Positions 16,001 through 21,201 of a DNA stretch of 21,201 bases are shown here, one piece after another (within the stretch, counting starts at the first letter, position 1; each line of letters opens with the position of its first letter). The translations under genes were made by a program, and so were the position numbers. The stretch is from Veleropilina oligotropha (taxonomy: Eukaryota), in assembly GCA_048128005.1 (NCBI GenBank), contig JBEUKZ010000050.1:124001-145201 (forward strand), given 5' to 3'. The notes under the pieces are model-generated. The model saw only the letters and a program-made list of their open reading frames with translations, did not search any database and was not told where the DNA came from.

Positions 16001-16881
16001 CGAAAGACGACCCTGCCCTCCAAGCCCTGAAAAGACGTATACGTCTCCAGCCCGACAAAATCCAGTGCGGGGAAATGCGTAAGAGTCTCCCCAGCTGCCT
16101 TGGATGGGATCGGTTTGTCAACACCTGGAGGCCAGGCGACCTAATCCTCACCAGCCGTCAGAAGGTCCGCGAACGGGCTCAACAGCTGTTGCTCCAGAGG
16201 CACAAGGAGCACTTCCCAGACTCCATGGTGCCTATCCTGTACCACCCCAGGGACAGCAGAAAACAGAACATCATGGTAACCATTCCGGGCACCGATGAAA
16301 GAGAGGAGCTAGTTCTCAACGACGTCGTCGAGGTCACGATTGAGGCCGCTGAGCAGGCTATCCTGACCCCGGATTGGCGCCTGGGCTATGCTCTCACCAT
16401 CCATTCGAGCCAGGGTCTTACGATTCACGACCCACAGAAAGTCTGGATCATCGACGACTACCTTCAGTGGAGTAATCTCGCCTACCTAGCCGTGTCCCGT
16501 GTGGAGTATCTGCATCAGCTCGAGCGGGTAACCTGTCCTCCAGATGAGGGTTCTGAGGACAGGCCGCCCCAAGCGCAGCAGAGCAAGCAGCAGCTCCGAA
16601 AAACCATCCAGAGGAAGCTCGTGGCATACATGCGCCAGGACCAGGCAAAGGGACTCCCGGGGTTTAACCTCAAGGTCGACGACATCCTGCGGCTCAGAGA
16701 GGCCCAAAACAACCGATGCGCAGCATGTAACATAGAGCTGCTCTGGGCCTACCAGCCCAAAGACACACAGCAGTTCAGTGTCGACCGTGTGGACAACCGC
16801 AGGGGCCACATCCGCGACAACGTGCGCTTAACGTGCCTTGAATGTAACCGAAAAAGAGGATTTGCGGTTGTTAACGCCTGA
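13006..16881 (+). CDS. Replication polyprotein: HeH + vOTU-like protease + PolB core + SF1 (RecD/Pif1-like) helicase + HNH nuclease
   Basis: LRNLAKDYGI...KLKKHDLVRAI; DLNC...IELICHNGH; IDMKACYP, SIIGKF, ASMLAYAH, VATDSIY; GGGGCGKT, FTPTH, TYHSFF, IIWDE, GDQGQ, ALTIHSSQGLT, YLAVSR; CAAC...SVDRVDNRRGHIRDNVRLTCLECN. The start may be ATG 13039. Confidence 0.9.
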   Translation: MIWRSVYPPSNMDDLRNLAKDYGIPARSKLKKHDLVRAIARVRAAEFRSRLERAMKTGRFPSIRGDVENPHKRGRRARELRQIKDEVDAALQARKYESQAEKNPRIRLKPLRAITDRIVKRSRKETLAHAIARKGPDLLISKMPRTAQDYQKDLLGQFTTPEGQRFIDLDDQVPPPVRLPAKEPWVELLSDAKDEFEVDGAAAAFSTWRVEVAGRLALDARMTDARAAQLLTALPKGEYVLRIKFLREWGEGDWVVEDKFDPVKAARKKGQGVFEISQDTKPGAITGVDKVYYENAYPVTAVVYGVYPLREPNPANLVPMKNGDLNCVAQRVVEHFEGALRGHGLTPTRRQKILEWEERVHVTGATVDDIATLEKILKRAITLRDIAGEDIYNSGKYQASMWKSIELICHNGHAWSKDLHFPQSREIHLYEGDVWEAIQQATQNEPLAVWLLGGKDRQLGVDQFVLQDGRTYRTKEAHERLQEACTALGNESLADRAFGVNHAASIMAKENNGWKPTPAGLLDDIQKACVEHGHGGLWNSMNYDTGDVCCIDMKACYPASFLGKGEAKPYFERFGHPTHSMTRVAINGPLPREIGTGFAEVVEWEFAQDIHPIIPAWFGKHFAEMSWAPTPLLAFLIESGLLKSLKIREAIIAFKNQLDVWLPLDRDQGCSIIGKFTQGAKADGKRLTRRLVTDQGELDFLVRDTRQSGTLVGAPQRCPLGHILTYYDGSQPQYAHLRASMLAYAHINLLSMLKRFSAAEAVRVATDSIYLKKASLEKLDDVTVYVAPRLCDCGEKSCISCLIAEPYLPPVAPAQWRDKGEQLYLPQEHAAYLPKPEYCCAANSSQPSTAPCYNDTLTHHRLSYLNGGGGCGKTTRAIELFRARNPTVFTPTHRLAKEMRTRGVKAQTYHSFFRWSGQTDWTPDRMGQKFIPRVIIWDEVCTVPRPILEMFLDWLGHHEVQVICCGDQGQPPPITGEMPHDWLRQTADYYEEIEVDYRAKDDPALQALKRRIRLQPDKIQCGEMRKSLPSCLGWDRFVNTWRPGDLILTSRQKVRERAQQLLLQRHKEHFPDSMVPILYHPRDSRKQNIMVTIPGTDEREELVLNDVVEVTIEAAEQAILTPDWRLGYALTIHSSQGLTIHDPQKVWIIDDYLQWSNLAYLAVSRVEYLHQLERVTCPPDEGSEDRPPQAQQSKQQLRKTIQRKLVAYMRQDQAKGLPGFNLKVDDILRLREAQNNRCAACNIELLWAYQPKDTQQFSVDRVDNRRGHIRDNVRLTCLECNRKRGFAVVNA

Positions 16882-17869
16882 GAACCGGCGGCAGTTGGGT
16901 GTCACGAGGCACCACGAGAAGTTCCTCACGAACGAACCCACGCGGTGGTCCATCAAGCAAGTAGTAGAGCACAGGCTCGTCAGGTTTAGTGACAGAGCGT
17001 CCAAGCCTGTGAACCGTCAAAGACCACACCGGGTCAGTGGCACGGCGGCGACCACCCTCCAACTCACCGGGTTGGTATAGGTAGCGAACATCTACGCCAG
17101 AGGGGAGTTTCTGTTCCTTCCCCTGTCGGCCTGGAACAGTGGCGCCGGGCTTTTGTGCAACGCGAGGTGCCTTGATGGCGTCCTTGGGCTTTTTACCGGT
17201 CAGCCTGGTCACTTCCCCATTCAACGCCGCAACTACAGCTGCTAGCCTGGCGACCCACTCAGTTGACCTTTGACCCTCTTTCGCAGACCCTGTAAAACTC
17301 ATCTCTGTTGCATACTGGTGCCCGAAGAGCCGCTCAGCGAGCGTCCGGTTGAAGCGCTCCACGATCCCTTGATCGCGATGGAGATCCACACGGCCACGCC
17401 TAACCTCGACATTATTCTTTGCCAGCAGCTGGGACACCGCGCCCATAAACTCCCGCCCTGGATCAACCTGAAGCAATTTCGGCCAGCTAAGAGGACTCCG
17501 CCTGTAGATTCGAGACAGAGCTTCAGCAACCCCTTTGGCCTCTTTTGTGGCCAGAGGCTCAGCTTCTTTAAAGCGACTGGCCACATCAACCACAGTCAAA
17601 GCGTACTTATAGGTCTTGTGTCTGACCTTGTCATGGGGGAGAAACAGGAGGTCGGCTTGGTGAACCTCGTTTGGCGTTACGACGTCGAATTTTGGTCTTG
17701 GAATCCGCCGTGGCGCAGGTAAATATATCTGCCATATAGCCTGCCTCTTAAGCCATGTCCGGGCCTCCACTTCAGACGCCTTGGCAGCGTCAGCTAGTTT
17801 CTTTATCGCGGCAATGCCTTTCCAGTAGCCCTTAGGGCTGTAGTATATCCTCGCAAACTTACTATCCAT
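16871..17869 (-). CDS. Retroviral-like DDE (rve) integrase of the Polinton (332 aa from ATG 17869)
   Basis: HQADL (D), LTVVDVASR, LQVDPGREF (D), GIVERFNRTL (E); C-terminal SH3-like region (VRY...WS...YYL...GFVREELL); converges on the polymerase gene with an 11-bp overlap. Confidence 0.95.
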   Translation of the reverse strand: MDSKFARIYYSPKGYWKGIAAIKKLADAAKASEVEARTWLKRQAIWQIYLPAPRRIPRPKFDVVTPNEVHQADLLFLPHDKVRHKTYKYALTVVDVASRFKEAEPLATKEAKGVAEALSRIYRRSPLSWPKLLQVDPGREFMGAVSQLLAKNNVEVRRGRVDLHRDQGIVERFNRTLAERLFGHQYATEMSFTGSAKEGQRSTEWVARLAAVVAALNGEVTRLTGKKPKDAIKAPRVAQKPGATVPGRQGKEQKLPSGVDVRYLYQPGELEGGRRRATDPVWSLTVHRLGRSVTKPDEPVLYYLLDGPPRGFVREELLVVPRDTQLPPVLRR

Positions 17870-18083
17870 CAGCAATGTATTCCAGTAAACTGATCAGTCT
17901 CCAACAGGCTTCAGCTTCCGGAGCCGGTCGCTGCGCAGTCGTCTCCCGTAGGTTGGTCGGGCCCGAGAGCACCAGGACCGCGAACCGCACCATAGTCTTT
18001 TCGTCGCGGCACCAGCAGTCGAGTAACGTAGTACTATAGCCGACCGCAAGCATAGCGCAGTACAGCTCTTCTGGGAGCCCCAT
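17862..18083 (-). CDS. Small hypothetical protein (73 aa, MGLPEELYC...)
   Basis: Fills the gap between neighbouring minus-strand genes and overlaps the integrase start; no family recognised. Confidence 0.45.
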   Translation of the reverse strand: MGLPEELYCAMLAVGYSTTLLDCWCRDEKTMVRFAVLVLSGPTNLRETTAQRPAPEAEACWRLISLLEYIADG

Positions 18084-18124
18084 TATTATACCTGGCACAC
18101 GAAAAAAATGTCCACTGGAAATAA

Positions 18125-18556
18125 TTAGGCGAGCTTGTAGGCTACCAACCCGGTCGCAGCCATCCCCAGGATGATGAAGGTGATCTCACGTCCCTTCTGG
18201 GCATCGCTCGGTGTGTAGTAGTCAGACAGCTGGGGCTCAGGGCCACCTCCCACAGCGGTGGGGTCAAGGTTCTTGCCGGTGATCAATGCATACTCACGGA
18301 TCGCGGCGTCAACATCCCGGAATGTGCCAACGGCATGACCCTGGCGGCGAAGTTCAACGTTCAGCCAGTCGAGACGCTCTGCCCTCTGTTGTGACCATTT
18401 AGTCTGAGCAGCGTTGAGCTGTTCTACAGCAATGTCGTGGCGTTTACGCTCCGCATCGACACCGGAGCTGCGTAGCTTCGAGAAGAGGAAGTTCGAGCCG
18501 CTGAAGGCGAGGGCGTTGACGAGAGCGCCCCCAACCAGCATCGCAATGGAAGCCAT
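18125..18556 (-). CDS. Polinton accessory/structural protein with hydrophobic termini (143 aa)
   Basis: MASIAMLVGGALVNALAFSGSNFLF N-terminus, coiled-coil-like middle, C-terminal TM-like FIILGMAATGLVAY; resembles conserved small genes of invertebrate Polintons as I recall them. Confidence 0.75.
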   Translation of the reverse strand: MASIAMLVGGALVNALAFSGSNFLFSKLRSSGVDAERKRHDIAVEQLNAAQTKWSQQRAERLDWLNVELRRQGHAVGTFRDVDAAIREYALITGKNLDPTAVGGGPEPQLSDYYTPSDAQKGREITFIILGMAATGLVAYKLA

Positions 18557-18587
18557 TGAAATGCTGCGATTATCTAGCAAGGTCCCA

Positions 18588-18827
18588 CTACTTCAATATA
18601 TCGGCCGGAATGATGCCTTGCTTGATCAGCATGTCTTTCGTCGCCATGGCGAGCGCTACGTCGAGGACGACCATCCCGACATCGTAGCCCGTGAAGTCCA
18701 GTTTGGGGCTCGCTCCCTTGAATACCATCTTTGTCAGGCGTGCATAGCCAATGGCGAGGCCTGACACTATAGCGGCGTGGTATACAGCGTTGCCGAGCAT
18801 CTTTCCATCAGTGATTGGGGTAGTCAT
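18588..18827 (-). CDS. Small hydrophobic Polinton protein (79 aa)
   Basis: Two hydrophobic segments, ends KDMLIKQGIIP; tightly packed in the minus-strand gene block. Confidence 0.7.
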   Translation of the reverse strand: MTTPITDGKMLGNAVYHAAIVSGLAIGYARLTKMVFKGASPKLDFTGYDVGMVVLDVALAMATKDMLIKQGIIPADILK

Positions 18828-18852
18828 AACTGTTGATTAGTACCGTTTGCGA

Positions 18853-19344
18853 CTATTGCATATGAAAAGGGTTCTGCTTCTTCAATTCGATAGTGGGGGC
18901 GGCCCGAGAGCACCGAGCATCCGCGTCTGGTGGCTGTTGATGTGGTGTGGATGGACCAGGGTTGCTGCGTTCTGAGGACGTCTTCCAGACAACAAATACC
19001 AACGCAACCGTACCGGCAGCGACGGCTACCTGGGTCCAATTAAATAGGTCCGATTTCCGTGTATCTGGCGCACGCGGTCTTTCTGCGGCTGGAACCGCCT
19101 CCCCGGGCTGTTCTGATGGAACGACAACACTTGTTGGGGCACTCAGGTCTTCTTTCATTTTTTGAACCGCGGCCAGTAGCTTCTCCTGCTTGGCTTTTCG
19201 AGCAGCAGCGCCGGCCCTCCCTGCAGCCACTTTTTTCGGGTCCTTTTTACTCACTGATGAGTCCGTCGAAGAGGTCACCCTCTCTATCGGCTGGCTCTCG
19301 ATCGGCTGGCTCGACATCGTTTGGTCCACTTCCTGCGTTGTCAT
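18853..19344 (-). CDS. Basic, single-TM hypothetical protein (163 aa from MTTQEV)
   Basis: KKDPKKVAAGRAGAAARKAKQE basic helix, TM-like WTQVAVAAGTVALVFVVW, ends NPFHMQ. Confidence 0.7.
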   Translation of the reverse strand: MTTQEVDQTMSSQPIESQPIERVTSSTDSSVSKKDPKKVAAGRAGAAARKAKQEKLLAAVQKMKEDLSAPTSVVVPSEQPGEAVPAAERPRAPDTRKSDLFNWTQVAVAAGTVALVFVVWKTSSERSNPGPSTPHQQPPDADARCSRAAPTIELKKQNPFHMQ

Positions 19345-20014
19345 CTTGATCTCGCTCTGGTATTTTAGGCGGGCAGACGTGTCCAAATCGGCAGTGCTTA
19401 GCCGTGGTCAACGCTGCGGTCAGCGGTGCGAGGTACATGCCCCATTTATAATACAGCTCACAGCTTGCAGTGGTCAGGGCATGTGAGATGAACGGGTCGG
19501 CCTCGAGATCAGCGATCAGTCGTAGCTGGTTTGCTGGTGGAATGGGCAGGAACATCCCAGCTGCACCCGCATACAGCTGTATAGCAGCGGCCCCGAGGGT
19601 CTTCGTCATGTCAGCACCTAGCTTCGCTTCATACCGTGCGTGGTGTTTCTCAACCTCGTCGTCAGTCATATCGTCGATTCGGTCCACTGTGAGGTTACGC
19701 CCCATGTATCGGTGGGCCTGTCCTCCAACGGCTAATGCTGCAAGCCTCTCCCGTTTCTTTGCCATCCCTATGGAGCCAGTTTCAGGTTCCTCGTGCTGCG
19801 AGCAGCGTTTGGTCGTCGAGCGGGGTGAGCTGCTGCTCACGGTCGTTTCTTCCTCGTCATCCATGAGTTGATCGATGAGGCTGTCCATCCTTAAGCGTTT
19901 CCAACATCTCCTCGCCAGTCTAATATAGCGATAATGCCAATACCACAACGTTACGAGTAGCAACAAGATCAGGCTCTGGCTGAAAGCAAAAGCTATGTAT
20001 ACCACGTCCGACAT
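19247..20014 (-). CDS. Hypothetical Polinton protein with N-terminal hydrophobic segment (255 aa; alternative start MDSLID)
   Basis: KRERLAALAVGG...YEAKLG...DLEADPF...CELYYKWGMYLAPLTAALTT helical domain; directly downstream of the ATPase. Confidence 0.75.
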   Translation of the reverse strand: MSDVVYIAFAFSQSLILLLLVTLWYWHYRYIRLARRCWKRLRMDSLIDQLMDDEEETTVSSSSPRSTTKRCSQHEEPETGSIGMAKKRERLAALAVGGQAHRYMGRNLTVDRIDDMTDDEVEKHHARYEAKLGADMTKTLGAAAIQLYAGAAGMFLPIPPANQLRLIADLEADPFISHALTTASCELYYKWGMYLAPLTAALTTAKHCRFGHVCPPKIPERDQDDNAGSGPNDVEPADREPADREGDLFDGLISE

Positions 20015-20045
20015 GCTGGGTAGATGCTCAGTAGACTACAGCTTG

Positions 20046-20678
20046 CTACAGCACACTATAAGCAACGGGCTGATCAGTTTTCAACAGAAGCTTAGCGTGT
20101 CGTGTCTCGGTCAACAGCCGGCGAACCGCGGTCCGTTCATCCTGCGACGGGATTACATCGTTCTCGCGCAGACAGTCCTCGAAACTGTCGCGGTCCTTGC
20201 AATGGAACAGCGCGACCCAGCGGGTCTGCTCTCTGAGCTCCTTCAAGACCGAGTTGTACTTTTGCGTCACTACCCATACGCTCTGGGAAGCATGCCTGCC
20301 GCTGAAGGCCAACAAAGTCAGCATGTCCCTCCTCTTTGCCATAGCCTTGCTCGCGGCGCAGTCATCGATTATGTACAGAGTTGATTCCCCCTGAAACAGT
20401 CGGTAGAACCCCCGCAGCCAGTCATGGAGTCGCTCACCCGGGGGGACTAAATACACCTCAGGGTCGGTCCAGATCCACGGACAAGACTGGTATGCTTTGT
20501 TGTACTTGATCGTGGGGCAGAGGACCACGATATGCCGGAAGACGCCTCGATACTCCCCTTCCAGCAGTTCAAGCATGAAAACCGTCTTCCCACAGCCCGT
20601 CTGGCCGCAGATGATTGCGGAGTGGGGGTCCTTGGTGTGCGGAAATCGTTTAGTACAGTGCTTCGACGAATCGGCCAT
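20046..20678 (-). CDS. A32-like (FtsK-HerA) genome packaging ATPase
   Basis: Walker A GQTGCGKT, Walker B YIIDD, arginine-finger motif SGRH, sensor VVTQ. Confidence 0.95.
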   Translation of the reverse strand: MADSSKHCTKRFPHTKDPHSAIICGQTGCGKTVFMLELLEGEYRGVFRHIVVLCPTIKYNKAYQSCPWIWTDPEVYLVPPGERLHDWLRGFYRLFQGESTLYIIDDCAASKAMAKRRDMLTLLAFSGRHASQSVWVVTQKYNSVLKELREQTRWVALFHCKDRDSFEDCLRENDVIPSQDERTAVRRLLTETRHAKLLLKTDQPVAYSVL

Positions 20679-21201
20679 TCTCGATATTCAGCTGTGCGTC
20701 CATGATCACGAACTCGTAGACGTTCAGTGGACCGGCCGCTTCGGCTGTTTTAGTGATCTGAATAGTAATGCCTTCGCTGGCGTTCTCGACCCTCCGGCCT
20801 GACCCGTGCAACTGATCGTCGTCAGTTACCCGCATATCGATCCAGAGCGCAAATTTCTTAGTCAGAAATTCGCCCAGGGTGACGTCTGCCATCTCCAAGT
20901 CCTTTGCGACCATCGCGACCTCAGGATGCCGCTTGCTGCAGCCGGAGGCGAACATTTTCTTGGCTTCTTCCCAGATCTGGTATGTTCGCATGCCCTGGCT
21001 GTAGATTTGATTCGGGACACCCTCGATTGTGACCTCGACCTTTGTGATCTTCGGATTATAGAAGGCCTCAGTATCGCGAGAGAATGGCGCGGCGTCTCTC
21101 GCAGGGTCCTCGAACAACAGTAGTATTCCTTTCATCGACCTCGCCGGTACGTTCACATTCATATTCCACAACGAGTCGCTCTTGTCTAGGGTGAGCTTCC
21201 G
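20650..21201 (-). CDS. Major capsid protein of element B, C-terminal part (5'-partial)
   Basis: Frame stays open to the window edge (RKLTLDKSDSLWNMN...); NVPARSMKGILLLF, FYNPKITKVEVTIEG, FALWIDMR...LHGSG, VIMDAQL; overlaps the ATPase by 29 nt. Sequence type clearly differs from the MCP at 9479. Confidence 0.8.
   Translation of the reverse strand, partial: RKLTLDKSDSLWNMNVNVPARSMKGILLLFEDPARDAAPFSRDTEAFYNPKITKVEVTIEGVPNQIYSQGMRTYQIWEEAKKMFASGCSKRHPEVAMVAKDLEMADVTLGEFLTKKFALWIDMRVTDDDQLHGSGRRVENASEGITIQITKTAEAAGPLNVYEFVIMDAQLNIENGRFVEALY

Larger units (their letters stand above)
12032..21201. mobile_element. Polinton-like endogenous virus, element B (continues beyond window)
   Basis: AG-initiated terminal motif, PolB-helicase gene, rve integrase, packaging ATPase, MCP; compact uninterrupted ORFs; visibly GC-richer than 8600-12000. 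Confidence 0.9.

Noticed and set aside
15600..16520. Helitron Rep/helicase
   Set aside because: The SF1 helicase is fused to a PolB core, no HUH Rep motifs were seen, and the neighbours are capsid, ATPase and integrase genes.
13057..16809. Many antisense and alternate-frame ORFs within the polymerase-helicase gene
   Set aside because: Expected in GC-rich coding DNA; no motifs.

Overview
Eukaryotic, mobile-element-only window with no recognisable host gene; a marine invertebrate host is a guess from the element families. All family calls are by motif recognition, not database search. (1) 1-8592: two head-to-tail, apparently identical copies (period 6726 bp) of a Tx1/L1-clade non-LTR retrotransposon. 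The first is cut by the window edge; the second is full length, with gag-like ORF1, APE-RT-zinc-finger ORF2, highly structured UTRs and a poly(A). Each copy is followed by the same 10-mer GATAGATAGA, and the array ends 5 bp upstream of the ATG of a Polinton penton gene. (2) 8603-~10494: decaying capsid module of a Polinton/Maverick (element A): short penton, disrupted basic core-like gene and frameshifted major capsid gene, broken by a ~510-bp (TA)n tract. (3) 11119-12048: Crypton-type tyrosine recombinase whose 3' end is cut by (4). (4) 12032-21201+: a second, GC-richer, apparently intact Polinton-like virus (element B). It has reiterated AGCAGCAG-G7-TGA terminal motifs, a 1291-aa replication polyprotein (HeH, vOTU-like protease, minimal PolB without recognisable exonuclease, SF1 helicase, HNH), a DDE integrase, small membrane/structural genes, a packaging ATPase and a major capsid protein running off the window. 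Best leads: a LINE that may target a Polinton site-specifically, and the replication polyprotein of element B.
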